Shown piece after piece: positions 29,621-39,841 of a stretch of DNA of 64,000 nt. The translations under genes and the position numbers were made by a program. This stretch comes from Giardia intestinalis. Lineage: Eukaryota. The notes under the pieces are model-generated. The model did not search any database. It saw only the letters and a list, made by a program, of their open reading frames with translations, and was not told where the DNA came from. The DNA lies in assembly GCA_000002435.2 (NCBI GenBank), contig CM018792.1; one strand, written 5' to 3'. Position 1 is the first letter of the stretch, and each line of letters starts with the position of its first letter.

Positions 29621-29800
29621 ATGCCTATTTTGCTGCATGAAGAAAAGTGTGACGCCTGCTTGACGTGCGTGGGGACCTGCCCCGTTGGCATCATATCGGA
29701 GGAGAAGGGGGCCTTGAAGGTCACGCACGTAGAGGACTGCACGGAGTGCGGAGATTGTGTCGTGTCTTGCCATACAACTGCCCTGGAGGTGGATGTATGA
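29621..29800 (+). CDS. 2[4Fe-4S]-type ferredoxin (59 aa), absent from the ORF track because it falls below the 60-aa cutoff
   Basis: Hand translation from ATG 29621 to TGA 29798-29800 gives MPILLHEEKCDACLTCVGTCPVGIISEEKGALKVTHVEDCTECGDCVVSCHTTALEVDV. It has two CxxCxxCxxxC(P) cluster motifs. An AT-rich TAATTCAAAAATG initiator lies upstream. Confidence 0.75.
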   Translation: MPILLHEEKCDACLTCVGTCPVGIISEEKGALKVTHVEDCTECGDCVVSCHTTALEVDV

Positions 29801-29824
29801 CCGCCCTGTGTGCATCTGTCTACT

Positions 29825-30967
29825 CTATACCGACAGAGGCAGTTTATAGTCTAGCCACTCTGCATAGACAAGCTTTTCATTGGCATAAACAAAGATAGCG
29901 CCCTCAAGATCTTTCTCGAGCGGCATCGCAGCGGCAGGCCCTGGTAGAAGTAAGCGAGAGTAAACTATTCTCTGGTCTGCAACAATGGTAAAGTCTGGGG
30001 CGTTGATGTATTCGGAGACTACACTACTGTATGACCTATCTGGACTGGAGCTAGGCAATGAAAAGGTACAGCTGCAATCTTTCTGGCGCTCTAGGGTGAA
30101 AGCACGGATATAAAGTCCATTGTAGGTGGAGATCATCCATAGGCACTCCTGTGGCCAGGCGTTCCTCGGCAAGCCACCAGTGCCGCTGGTCCTCCGGTCC
30201 AGTGAACCCATGAAATACTTACACCAGAGGGAAACGGCGTAGGAGGCCACCAAACCACTGATGTGAAACGGGGTTGAAACGACCTGCTGCAAGGCATTGG
30301 TAACGTCTCCTGGCGCTATTTGCAGGCCAAGATTGTGTATTTCACCCAGCTCATTGGCCCTTGAAAGCACAGCAGCCTCGTATGATTCTTCGGATTGTGG
30401 ATCATTACCATTGGACTCTGAGAGTGCATATGCAGCGATGAGAATGCAGTCTTCTGCGGTCCTAGGGATTCCTGGGACACTGCATAGAGGGCGCTTTCTC
30501 TTCGGGTACATCCATGACGTACAATAGAAACATGGGTACTGGCTGGAGTAGAGCCTTATACTTCCCGCCAGACCTTCTGATCCCACGTCTATTACTGTTT
30601 TCTGCGCTAGCAATAGTGCAGGGATAATCTTCCTACGTGCCTCCACATTGTCGACACACAGAAACGTCATAGCAGCGGTAGCGAGCTTGGTCACGAACGC
30701 AGGCCGAGCAGCATCTGTGGAATACGCTTCTGCCCGGTAACCTTGGCCCTCAATGAACGCACAAGCCACAGACGACTTGAACTCCCCGACGGATTCTCCA
30801 TTATAGAGGGCTTGCTTGCCAAGATTTGTTTCAGAAATTGTGTCCCTATCTACTATCAGTAACTTTACTTGGTCACTAGAAATGCTCGCTGTGTTAAACG
30901 CATGCATCAAGCTTCGAATCACCTCACAACCGCTCCCTCCAAGCCCTACCACAGCGATCGTGTACAT
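29825..30967 (-). CDS. ThiF/MoeB-fold ubiquitin-like-modifier activating enzyme (E1 catalytic subunit, Uba3/Uba2-like)
   Basis: ATG verified at 30967-30965. Rossmann/ThiF motif IAVVGLGGSGCEVIRSL...LLIVDRDTISETNLGKQ. The catalytic-Cys region PLCSVPGIPRTAEDCI matches Uba3/Uba2 (P.CTIxxxPxxPEHCI). Zn motif CFYC. Confidence 0.7.
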   Translation of the reverse strand: MYTIAVVGLGGSGCEVIRSLMHAFNTASISSDQVKLLIVDRDTISETNLGKQALYNGESVGEFKSSVACAFIEGQGYRAEAYSTDAARPAFVTKLATAAMTFLCVDNVEARRKIIPALLLAQKTVIDVGSEGLAGSIRLYSSQYPCFYCTSWMYPKRKRPLCSVPGIPRTAEDCILIAAYALSESNGNDPQSEESYEAAVLSRANELGEIHNLGLQIAPGDVTNALQQVVSTPFHISGLVASYAVSLWCKYFMGSLDRRTSGTGGLPRNAWPQECLWMISTYNGLYIRAFTLERQKDCSCTFSLPSSSPDRSYSSVVSEYINAPDFTIVADQRIVYSRLLLPGPAAAMPLEKDLEGAIFVYANEKLVYAEWLDYKLPLSV

Positions 30968-31032
30968 TTATTTTCCGATTCCCGGCGCCGTACCCTCCGC
31001 AGGGAACGGCCAGCCGAAATTAGAAACTAGCA

Positions 31033-31959
31033 ATGCCTGTTGTGACGCCAGAGCAGTGCCGAGAGTTCATGAAGAGCACAATCCAGATAGCTGTCACTTT
31101 AATCTGCTTTAAGAGAAGCATATTTCCACCCTCAGCCTTTGGAATTAAACGAATGATGGAGGTAGATGTCAAGTGCCTCGACAAAAGCGATAAGAATGCA
31201 TACGCCCTGTCTCAAGCCCTGGAGCTAGGAGTGTTCGACGCCATCGATAAGGGGTTTCTAAGAGAGGTAATCCTAGGAATCTTCTTGAACCGTGACGCAC
31301 CCATGGAGCTCATCGAGAGCTACAACTTCCGGATAAGCACCAGCCCATCACTGCCTCAATCTGCCCAATCTCTTATGGAAGAGGTTAACCGGTTCACAGG
31401 CCGTCTCCTAGGCACCTTAAACGAGCTACCGTCCTTGCCAGAAGACAAGGACATTCTGCTACGATGCTTTTATAAATCGAACACACCTGAGAGTTACGTT
31501 ATGCCATATTTTTCCCTGTGTAAGAATGCTGGAAGCCTTCATATTTCTTCGGAAAAGGCCCCTTATGAGGTATCTCTCGACCGCTTTGAGACGCCCTACG
31601 AGGCCATTGGCTTGAAACTGTATGTACCAGACTATATCACCTTAGATCACCAGTCAGAGAATCCGGAGCCTCACAAAGAACGCGTGTTGTTGGAGGCAAA
31701 GATAGATGAAATCCTGACCGGAAGGGCTGGAACCAAGGAGTGGGCTCTTGCCATACTACATCGAATCCTCTCTCTCAAATTCCCCATTTCACTCAAAGAC
31801 GCTGCGCAGTTGGTGCAGTGCAGTGTCTACAGAATTCGCAAAGTGGCTGCTGAGCACCCCTTTATCAAAATATCGAAGAGTGTCCTCAATGTCGTCGACG
31901 AATCAAAACTTCAATTCGCCCTGCAGTGCACAACCCGTGAGCTAACCGACCTTCTGTAG
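31033..31959 (+). CDS. HORMA-domain protein (Hop1/HORMAD- or Mad2/Rev7-like)
   Basis: ATG verified at 31033. The N-terminal 200 aa (EQCREFMKSTIQIAVTLICFKRSIFPPSAFGIKRMMEVDVKCL...ELGVFDAIDKGFLREVILGIF) follows the HORMA pattern. Confidence 0.55.
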   Translation: MPVVTPEQCREFMKSTIQIAVTLICFKRSIFPPSAFGIKRMMEVDVKCLDKSDKNAYALSQALELGVFDAIDKGFLREVILGIFLNRDAPMELIESYNFRISTSPSLPQSAQSLMEEVNRFTGRLLGTLNELPSLPEDKDILLRCFYKSNTPESYVMPYFSLCKNAGSLHISSEKAPYEVSLDRFETPYEAIGLKLYVPDYITLDHQSENPEPHKERVLLEAKIDEILTGRAGTKEWALAILHRILSLKFPISLKDAAQLVQCSVYRIRKVAAEHPFIKISKSVLNVVDESKLQFALQCTTRELTDLL

Positions 31960-32043
31960 GCAACACAGAAATGACGACATCCACTGACAGAGGCGTTTGT
32001 CTTAGAGACATAATCTGACGCGACATGACGTGACAATTTTAAA

Positions 32044-35000
32044 ATGATGCTCCTTCTGGCCCTGCTCCTTCAGATCTTGGCGTTTGACGCCATCATTGAT
32101 CTAGGATGCGGGACATATCAGGTTGGTACGCTTAAAAAGAGTGCTGTCGGCAATCCAGTGGATATGATTCTTAACTCGCAATCTAAGCGGCATACGCCTT
32201 CTCTCGTTGCATATGACGGAGAAGTCTTTTTTGTGGGCGAGTATGCGGAGATCTTTCAGAAACGCAAACCCGGGCTTGTCTTCTCTGGATTTACTGCAGG
32301 AGTCATGGAAGACGCTTTAAACTTTGCAATGGACCCTGACGCCTCAGAGCTCAGCGTTTTTAAGGGGCAGCCAGCGACAACTCTCCTCACTGCGCTCATC
32401 AACCACCTTGTTCATTCTCAGATTAATAGACCCAACGAAACCATTGATGTCACGCTTACAATTCCTCCGGGCCTCACTCTCCCGGAGATCTCAGCCATCC
32501 GGGGCGCCATTGAAGCGGTTCCTGGAGTAAAGCTCCTCACTACTGTACCAATTCCGGTGGCAACGGCTATTACCTATTTGAGCTCACGGATGGGGACGAT
32601 TAACAGGACGACAGTTTCTTCTATGTCTTTTGTGGTTGTGGACCTGGGATATCACAGCACAGACGTCTCTGTCGTGGAGGCTCTTTTTAAGCCAGACTCA
32701 ACAGATGTTCAGATGCGTGTTGTGGCGACCAGCAGCTTGAAAGTAGGTGGTCATGCGGTAACAGAAGCACTAATTGAGAAGTATATCAGCCCAAACATTC
32801 CCGGGCTCTCTTTCAGAAAGGATCTGCGGAAGTACAAACGGGCATACGAAGCTATCGAGAGGAGCAAAACCGCCCTTTCTGCTAATACTGAGACACGCAT
32901 GGTGGTCGAAAGTGTCTTGCAAGATGGAGGGGATCTTCATGTTACGCTACTGCGTAGCCAGCTGAACGATCTATTGGATGAGATGTACAACGAGACAGCA
33001 ATGCAGCAGTTTGCAGAACTACGTGCATTGGTGGCTGAAAAATATAAGGACTCCATTTTCTACTTCTATGGTGCAGCGTCTCGCGCACTCCACATGCAAG
33101 CAAAAATGGAGCTGTTCTTTAACACAAGCATCCAGAAGACAGTTAATCTGGATGAGGGGGCGATATACGGTGCTGCCCTCATAGCTGCGCGATATGGGTC
33201 CGGTCATCGTGTTAGTTATAAATTCATTCCCAGCGATCAAACGCGGCCTCAGCTCTTTTATATTCCCAATAGACCGACGACCGAGGAAAGCGAGCATCTA
33301 AGTAACAACAGTGTAACGTCCATCCCGCTAATGAGGCTTAATCCTTACCAACGTAAAAGCATCAATAACGAAATATTTCCATATTTAGATGACGAATTCA
33401 TTGTATCTAATCAAACTATCACTATCAATCTTGAGAAAGAGGTCGATGTAGAGATTGATGACGCAGCCGAAGAAACGAAGGGGCATGCCTTGGAATCTGA
33501 CGAAACCTCCCTTGGAGATGATCTAGACACAGATGTGGCCGAAGGAGAGCCATTTGACGTAGCTCAAGACCCCTCAGCAAACAGTGAGCGCTCAGAGCAA
33601 CAGGAGCAGTCGGAAAAGGTATACGAAGACACCGAGCTGCCTCTCAATGAAACAGATATCGCTGAACGGCTGAAGAAGGCCCTTGAAAATATATCGCTAG
33701 AGCTACCTGAGAAGAAGAAAGTGCAAAAAACAATCTCCATCACTCCTCATAATATTACTGCGAAGTGGATCTCCACAAAAACCACTCCTTTTTATCAGAT
33801 AAACATAAGTGCTGGAGACCTCTTATCGATTGGCTGCAACTTCTACCTCCCAGAGTTCAAGCAGGAGTCTGTGCTGAGCAAATATTCCACTGGTTCTGTT
33901 GTCAAAGAGAAGGACCTTGCGCAACTAGAAAAGGACGTTTCTAATTATAATGCAAAGATTGAGCTTATAACAGAGGCTCTAAGGCAGTATCTCAAATATC
34001 CTCGACCAACAGCAACGAACAAGAAGCAGCGAAAAGATGACATGCAAGACACAAGGGACATACGTGTTAAGTTTTTGGTTAACATCACAACAGATTCTGC
34101 ATCCATACCATCTATTAACTTTGCAGCAATCCAGGTTCAAAATTGGTCCGATTATAATGCCGAGCTTCAAGAGCTTATAAAGGCCAAGAAGACAGACAAG
34201 AAACCTAAGGCTAAAGTTAAGGCCGTGGATATAGAGTTTGAGAGGAGGTGCCACGTGACCTTCAGCCCGGCGTTTTGGAACGGAACAGAGGTCTTTGCCA
34301 ATGGGTATAAGCTCATAGAAGATGCAAATAAGGTGCTACAGAACAGAAACCACTTGAGTCACAGCGTAAATGAAATAGAAAGCGTCATATATGCCGCACG
34401 TGACCTGCTGGAGAAGCACCCACCGAGTAAGATGGACGAGGGCGACGTCTTACTTTATGCGAGCGAGGGTGAGTCTATCGTTAAAGCGATTGACTCTGCC
34501 AAGCTTTTCATGGAAGAATTGGAAGAGAAGGAACCGTGTGGCGTTAACAACACCTGTGTGGTAGAGCGACTGACATCGACTAACGAGACTGTCAGTGCAC
34601 TGCGCAACGCCATGAAAGTCGTTTCAGATAGGCTTGCACACATCAAATGTATCGTCCCTCTTCGCGAGAGCTTTGGTAGCTATATTGCAGACCGGAATTA
34701 TTCCGTCAATAGCCTAAGAGCATACTCGAGGCTTCTGAAGGCAGATACAGCCGGAGAGGAAGGAACTGAAGCAGCAAATATTGCAGTGAGCGACAACGTC
34801 ATCAGCGAGCTGGCTAAACTTAATGAAACCATGAACTCTTTGAATCTGACGATGACATTGAACACTACGGTTGATCAGCTCAGGGAGCTCCGTGACACAG
34901 AGCTCATATGTCGCACAATGACTACACTGGATATTGACTCTCTAGTCAAGGACTACCAGGACGAAGAGGAGAAGCTAGAAACGGAGAAGCTGGAGGCAGA

Positions 35001-35775
35001 AAAGGAGCAAAAGAACAAATCATGGTTCAAAAAGATGATCGGCAAAGGAGGCTCTGAGATAGAGGAAAAAGAGAAAAAGATTCTCTACACAAAAGATGTC
35101 ATTCGCCGTTTGAAACGTGCGAAGATAGACTGTGGTACATTCACGCGATCTGCGGACAGACTGAGAACAAAAATAGATAATGTCGCAGACTTGCATAAAA
35201 AGGCATCAGATCTCTATGCAAGCATCACTGCAGAACTTCAGATGAGGCCAGAAACTAACTGCACGGTAGTCAATGAAACCCGCACTGATCTGGACAAAGC
35301 CATCCGGGAAGCTCGCTGGCAAATAGCCCATACCCAGGAGATTGTAAAGAATACAAAGCTGGCCTCGCTGACAAACGAAATACGGAAACTGAACGAAAAG
35401 GCCCAGAACCACCTTTCATATGCCAAAACGCTATTTCAGCTTCTAAGATCCATCTCAGACGTCAATCTAGAAGATATCACACAAGATGTCCAGGGAAAAC
35501 TCGACGAACTGGTTATTCTTCTTCGCAGATTGCGCGTCACAACTGTGTCAGAAAAACTGCTGGAGTATCTTAAAAATGGAGGGATTGCAGAGCTGAAAGA
35601 GCGCAACGCCTTTGCAGAGGAGCCATCAGAGGCAACGTTTGAAGAATACAACTCCAACGTAACGTCTGTGTTGAAAGCTGCTTTGTTGCCATCACCTTCC
35701 GCAAATGAAACTGTTGCTGATACGGCCAACAAAACTACAATTAACGCTACCAGCACCAAAAAGGAAGAGCTGTAA
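32044..35775 (+). CDS. Hsp70-superfamily ER-lumenal chaperone, GRP170/HYOU1/Lhs1-like (1243 aa), with signal peptide and C-terminal KEEL
   Basis: ATG verified at 32044. Hydrophobic signal MMLLLALLLQILAF. Hsp70 NBD motifs IDLGCGTYQVG and VVDLGYHSTDVSV. A long helical/acidic C-terminal region typical of GRP170. It ends in ...KKEEL (KDEL-type ER retrieval). Confidence 0.7.
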   Translation: MMLLLALLLQILAFDAIIDLGCGTYQVGTLKKSAVGNPVDMILNSQSKRHTPSLVAYDGEVFFVGEYAEIFQKRKPGLVFSGFTAGVMEDALNFAMDPDASELSVFKGQPATTLLTALINHLVHSQINRPNETIDVTLTIPPGLTLPEISAIRGAIEAVPGVKLLTTVPIPVATAITYLSSRMGTINRTTVSSMSFVVVDLGYHSTDVSVVEALFKPDSTDVQMRVVATSSLKVGGHAVTEALIEKYISPNIPGLSFRKDLRKYKRAYEAIERSKTALSANTETRMVVESVLQDGGDLHVTLLRSQLNDLLDEMYNETAMQQFAELRALVAEKYKDSIFYFYGAASRALHMQAKMELFFNTSIQKTVNLDEGAIYGAALIAARYGSGHRVSYKFIPSDQTRPQLFYIPNRPTTEESEHLSNNSVTSIPLMRLNPYQRKSINNEIFPYLDDEFIVSNQTITINLEKEVDVEIDDAAEETKGHALESDETSLGDDLDTDVAEGEPFDVAQDPSANSERSEQQEQSEKVYEDTELPLNETDIAERLKKALENISLELPEKKKVQKTISITPHNITAKWISTKTTPFYQINISAGDLLSIGCNFYLPEFKQESVLSKYSTGSVVKEKDLAQLEKDVSNYNAKIELITEALRQYLKYPRPTATNKKQRKDDMQDTRDIRVKFLVNITTDSASIPSINFAAIQVQNWSDYNAELQELIKAKKTDKKPKAKVKAVDIEFERRCHVTFSPAFWNGTEVFANGYKLIEDANKVLQNRNHLSHSVNEIESVIYAARDLLEKHPPSKMDEGDVLLYASEGESIVKAIDSAKLFMEELEEKEPCGVNNTCVVERLTSTNETVSALRNAMKVVSDRLAHIKCIVPLRESFGSYIADRNYSVNSLRAYSRLLKADTAGEEGTEAANIAVSDNVISELAKLNETMNSLNLTMTLNTTVDQLRELRDTELICRTMTTLDIDSLVKDYQDEEEKLETEKLEAEKEQKNKSWFKKMIGKGGSEIEEKEKKILYTKDVIRRLKRAKIDCGTFTRSADRLRTKIDNVADLHKKASDLYASITAELQMRPETNCTVVNETRTDLDKAIREARWQIAHTQEIVKNTKLASLTNEIRKLNEKAQNHLSYAKTLFQLLRSISDVNLEDITQDVQGKLDELVILLRRLRVTTVSEKLLEYLKNGGIAELKERNAFAEEPSEATFEEYNSNVTSVLKAALLPSPSANETVADTANKTTINATSTKKEEL

Positions 35776-35796
35776 AAATTCTGTGTGTAAATCTCT

Positions 35797-36159
35797 ATGG
35801 CGGTGATTATGGTACGTTGTATCAGTTCGTTCGAGCATGGTGTGGTGCTGTATATGCCCGTCAAAGTGAACGGAGGAGAGACGTTAGCAGACGTGGCCCA
35901 ACAGGTATGTCAACGTGTAAAGACAGAACCCAAATACAAGCCTCTTAAAACGCGGGTTGAGGCCTTCGATACCTTCAAAGTCTATGTCACGCCCGGCCAA
36001 GCAAAGCCCCCCAACCTGGTCATAGCACCCGAAGGCAACGAATTTACGTCGGATAACTGGAGAGGATTGGATGAGCTGGGAATAGAACCTGGCACCGAGC
36101 TTTCGTTCTTCTCCAGTAGCGCCTACAAAAGGTATAAAGAGGGCCGGGCGGCAGAGTAA
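35797..36159 (+). CDS. Small ubiquitin-like-fold (beta-grasp) protein (120 aa)
   Basis: ATG verified at 35797, only 21 nt after the previous stop. The Ubl-like pattern ...LVIAPEGNEFTSDNWRGLDELGIEPGTELSFF resembles the ubiquitin C-terminal beta-strands. Weak assignment. Confidence 0.4.
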   Translation: MAVIMVRCISSFEHGVVLYMPVKVNGGETLADVAQQVCQRVKTEPKYKPLKTRVEAFDTFKVYVTPGQAKPPNLVIAPEGNEFTSDNWRGLDELGIEPGTELSFFSSSAYKRYKEGRAAE

Positions 36160-36182
36160 GTGCGCTTCCGGTCTCATAAAAA

Positions 36183-36959
36183 ATGGAGTCCGTATCTATG
36201 TCAAAGGACGTACTAATCGTTGGCTCTGACGGAGTAGAAGTTATAGTTCCAAAGCAGCTTGTGGCATGCTCCTTAGTTTTGCGGCGACAATCCATTTTGG
36301 GACCCATTACAATGTCATACACTGGAAAAGAGCTGTCCAGTGCAATAGCTACTTACATGGAATGTTTCTTGGCAGGGAAGCACCAGCAAATGGACCCTAG
36401 GGAGGCTGAAATATTAGAGGAAATGGGCCTGGGAGACGCGTCTACAGAGCAGCAACAGCAACAACACACCTGCCAAGCCACAGATCGGGAACCCAGCACT
36501 GGACAGAGATATTCACTTGGAGGTTGTCCCTATCACCACCAGACCCAGGAGATTACGTCATATAATGTTAACGATGCTAACGACATGGCGGATGTAACCA
36601 ATTTACCGACGATCACACTGGAAGAATTTCTGGCCAATGATGGGTCCGATGGCCGCAGACTTTGGATCTTGATAGACACAATAGTATTTGACGTGACAGA
36701 GTACCTTAATAAGCACCCTGGCGGAAGGGTTCCATTGCTAAATGGAGCCGGGAAGGACTCGACGCTGCAGTTCTATCAGCATCATGGCCGCAAGGGCAAC
36801 ACTAGACCGTTATTTAACCGCCTCAGATGCTTGGCAACGGGCCGTATGGACTCGTCCGACCTTCAGCGTGTGCCTGGATATCAAAAGATGAATGTAGAGG
36901 AGTGTGGTAATTCCTCCCTTAGAAAGCAGTTCCTTCAGTATTTTCATGTTGTAGAATGA
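36183..36959 (+). CDS. Cytochrome b5-like heme-binding domain protein
   Basis: ATG verified at 36183. The C-terminal region LEEFLANDGSDGRRLWILIDTIVFDVTEYLNKHPGGRVPLLNGAGKDSTLQFYQHHG carries the b5 HPGG signature and the second axial His. Confidence 0.65.
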   Translation: MESVSMSKDVLIVGSDGVEVIVPKQLVACSLVLRRQSILGPITMSYTGKELSSAIATYMECFLAGKHQQMDPREAEILEEMGLGDASTEQQQQQHTCQATDREPSTGQRYSLGGCPYHHQTQEITSYNVNDANDMADVTNLPTITLEEFLANDGSDGRRLWILIDTIVFDVTEYLNKHPGGRVPLLNGAGKDSTLQFYQHHGRKGNTRPLFNRLRCLATGRMDSSDLQRVPGYQKMNVEECGNSSLRKQFLQYFHVVE

Positions 36960-36981
36960 ACACGCGGGCTTGTGCAGGCAT

Positions 36982-38238
36982 TTAGGACACGATTTTAACG
37001 GAGTAATTGCAGCACCTCTTCTGTTGGCTTAGGCACCCATAGGAAGAGAAGCATACATTAGAAGCAATCTCTTCATCTGGGGACACATACTCTATCTCAA
37101 TAGTGATGTTATGGACCTCTAAACTATGGAAGACAGATTTGACATCCTTCATGATCTGGCAGTGTCTTGTTCGGTCAATGGCGCCCGAGGGATTACAGAC
37201 GACTACGTGACAGTGGCCGATAACAGTCTCATCTGTAAATGTCCAAACGTGCAGGTCGTGTACGCCCAAGACACCGTCCACATCGAGGACCCTCTCTTTC
37301 AAAACGTCCAGAGAGAGGCCTTCGGGGATGGCCTGAAGTAGTATTCGTATGGTGGACTTCAACAGAGGGACTGCTGCACAAACTATTATTATGACCATGA
37401 GCATGGTAGTCATCGGGTCAACCAAGTGAGCAAGGGGATGCGTGACAAACTTTTGTACTAGTGCAGACACGATAGCAACCACAGACCCCATCAGGTCTCC
37501 GAGGACGTGGAGAAACACACCATGCATAGTAATGTTTCTCTGTTTCTTGGGGCCTCTGTGCCCCCTTCTCCTTCTCTTCTGAGCGCCATTAAGGAGCAGT
37601 GTAGTAGACTCAGGTGTGAGCGCAGTGCTGACCACTTGAACGGTGGAAGCAAGCGCATGGGAACCAAGAGAACTCTCAGAATTCCCGTCCGAGTGATCTG
37701 GATGACCTGACTCGTGGTAGTCCTGACAACCGGTATCATGAGCATGAGCATGATCATGATCATGGGCATTCCCGTGCTCATGGAAAATGAAGAGTCCTGC
37801 AATATTGACTACCAAACCGCCGATTGCCACGCCCAAGACTAAATCGATATGGTTCAAGTCAACTCCCTCTGCGGTGATTAGCTTCTGAACAGCTTCTGTC
37901 ACAAGAAAGAAAGCAGTAGATAGGAGAAAGGATGCATTAAAAAACCCTCCTATGGTTTCGCTTCGCTTATATCCAAAGGTAGCCTGTGCCGATGCCTGCT
38001 TCCTCCCCAAAACAAGAGAGATCAGACCTATGACAAGAGATAGCAGGTCTGACAGCATATGAAAGGCGTCTCCCACAAGGGTGAGGGAGTTTCCAACTAT
38101 GCCGACTATAAGCTCTGCCAGCATGTAGAAGAAGACCATCACCAGCATTGCAATCAGACGGCCGGTTCGGCTGTCCTTGGGCCGGATGTACTCTTGATTG
38201 ATAAGGTCTTCTGAGGTGGACTGGCACTCTGGGCTCAT
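36982..38238 (-). CDS. Cation diffusion facilitator (CDF/ZnT-type) zinc transporter with a His-rich cytoplasmic loop
   Basis: The track start at 38325 is TTG; the first ATG is at 38238-38236 (MSPECQSTSEDL...). TM helices with HxxxD-type sites (FHMLSDLLSL; HVLGDLMGSV). His-rich loop HEHGNAHDHDHAHAHDTGCQDYHESGHPDH. C-terminal CDF dimerisation domain. Confidence 0.8.
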   Translation of the reverse strand: MSPECQSTSEDLINQEYIRPKDSRTGRLIAMLVMVFFYMLAELIVGIVGNSLTLVGDAFHMLSDLLSLVIGLISLVLGRKQASAQATFGYKRSETIGGFFNASFLLSTAFFLVTEAVQKLITAEGVDLNHIDLVLGVAIGGLVVNIAGLFIFHEHGNAHDHDHAHAHDTGCQDYHESGHPDHSDGNSESSLGSHALASTVQVVSTALTPESTTLLLNGAQKRRRRGHRGPKKQRNITMHGVFLHVLGDLMGSVVAIVSALVQKFVTHPLAHLVDPMTTMLMVIIIVCAAVPLLKSTIRILLQAIPEGLSLDVLKERVLDVDGVLGVHDLHVWTFTDETVIGHCHVVVCNPSGAIDRTRHCQIMKDVKSVFHSLEVHNITIEIEYVSPDEEIASNVCFSSYGCLSQQKRCCNYSVKIVS

Positions 38239-38399
38239 GAAAACTTTTAAAATCTCGCGTGATTTTTGAGCAGATTGGGTTGGTACCAGAAGATTTGATT
38301 TTAGTGGGTTTCTAATAATGTGCAATATTTAAATGGAAAGCTGCCACATGAGAATGAAAAAGACCTTCAGATGCAATATATAATTGAATTGAAAGAACA

Positions 38400-39836
38400 A
38401 TGGCCGATTCCCTTGGAACCCTTCCGCTGACACCGATGTATCTCTCACAGCAACCATTTCTGAAGCCAGAAGAGCTCCACCCGACCCATCCTGACGTGAT
38501 TTCCCGTCAAGCAACGATTAACATAGGGACTATTGGCCACGTTGCTCACGGCAAGTCAACCCTCGTCAAGGCCATCACGGGGATCACCACCGGGCGCTTC
38601 CACTCAGAAATGGAAAGGAACATCACAATAAAGCTAGGATACGCAAACGCCAAGATATTCAAGTGTCCGAAGTGTCCGGAGCCCCACAACTACTTCCCCA
38701 CAAGCTCTAGCATGCCAGACAACAGTAAGTGCAAGATGTGCGGCTCTGTCGGAACGCTTGTTAGACACATTTCTTTCGTAGATTGCCCAGGACACGACTT
38801 TTACATGGCAACGATGCTTACTGGCGCCTGTGTCATGGATGCTGCTCTGCTGCTCATTGCAGCCGATCAGCCCTGCCCACAGAGCCAGACCAAAGAGCAC
38901 CTGGCGGCCATAGACATTGCAGGAATAACTAAGGCCGATAGAGTCATCATAGTACAGAATAAGATTGACCTCATTAAGGAGCAGGAGGCAAAGAGCCACC
39001 ATCAGCAGATAGTCAACTACCTGAACATATCGTTAAAAACCAAGAATCCCCACATCATCCCTACGTCCGCAGTGAGTGGATATAATGTTGACCTAGTGCT
39101 CCACCACATTGTGAACAAGCTCCCAATACCGAAGCGGGACCTTACGCTGCCGCCACTCTTCATGGTGATACGCTCCTTCGACGTCAACAAGCCGGGGTAT
39201 GACATCGATAACATTCGCGGCGGTGTTGCTGGTGGAACGCTTCTTCAAGGCATGTTTAAGCTGGGAGACACCGTGGAAATTCGCCCCGGATACACCATCA
39301 TGAATGAGAAGACTGGCAAGTGCTCGTGCTATCCCCTCATAACAAAGATTATCTCCATCAAGGCAGATGAGAACGAGCTGCGCTATGCCATCCCTGGTGG
39401 GCTCATCGCCATCGGCACCTTCATAGACCCCTCATACACGCGCCAGGACAGGCTGGTCGGGTCTGTAATAGGATATCCAGGACACATGCCCCCAATAAGG
39501 CTCAACATAACTATTTATTATGAACTGATGCACCAGCTAATCTCTGCCGTCAACACAAATAACACTAAGATAGCAGTATTAGCGGTGAACGAGGTTATTC
39601 TTTTCACAATAGGGAGCAACTCTGTTAGCGGAACTATTAAGGCCGTCAGGACTGTCAATGGTGTGGAGAAGATCGCGGATGTCGTAATGAATAAGCCCAT
39701 ATGCGCCAAGACTGGCGAGCAGATAGCAATTAGCAGAAAGATAGCAACCGGGGCCTCCAGAAGCTGGCGTCTGATAGGCTGGGGGAAGATTCAGGATAAT
39801 CCGGATTGGGAAAATCTCAATTCTACAGAAGCGTAG
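38400..39836 (+). CDS. Translation initiation factor eIF2 gamma subunit
   Basis: ATG verified at 38400. G1 GHVAHGKSTLVKA, DCPGH, NKIDL, a zinc knuckle (CPKCPEP...CKMCG) characteristic of eIF2-gamma, and C-terminal beta-barrel domains. Confidence 0.9.
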   Translation: MADSLGTLPLTPMYLSQQPFLKPEELHPTHPDVISRQATINIGTIGHVAHGKSTLVKAITGITTGRFHSEMERNITIKLGYANAKIFKCPKCPEPHNYFPTSSSMPDNSKCKMCGSVGTLVRHISFVDCPGHDFYMATMLTGACVMDAALLLIAADQPCPQSQTKEHLAAIDIAGITKADRVIIVQNKIDLIKEQEAKSHHQQIVNYLNISLKTKNPHIIPTSAVSGYNVDLVLHHIVNKLPIPKRDLTLPPLFMVIRSFDVNKPGYDIDNIRGGVAGGTLLQGMFKLGDTVEIRPGYTIMNEKTGKCSCYPLITKIISIKADENELRYAIPGGLIAIGTFIDPSYTRQDRLVGSVIGYPGHMPPIRLNITIYYELMHQLISAVNTNNTKIAVLAVNEVILFTIGSNSVSGTIKAVRTVNGVEKIADVVMNKPICAKTGEQIAISRKIATGASRSWRLIGWGKIQDNPDWENLNSTEA

Positions 39837-39841
39837 GGTGC

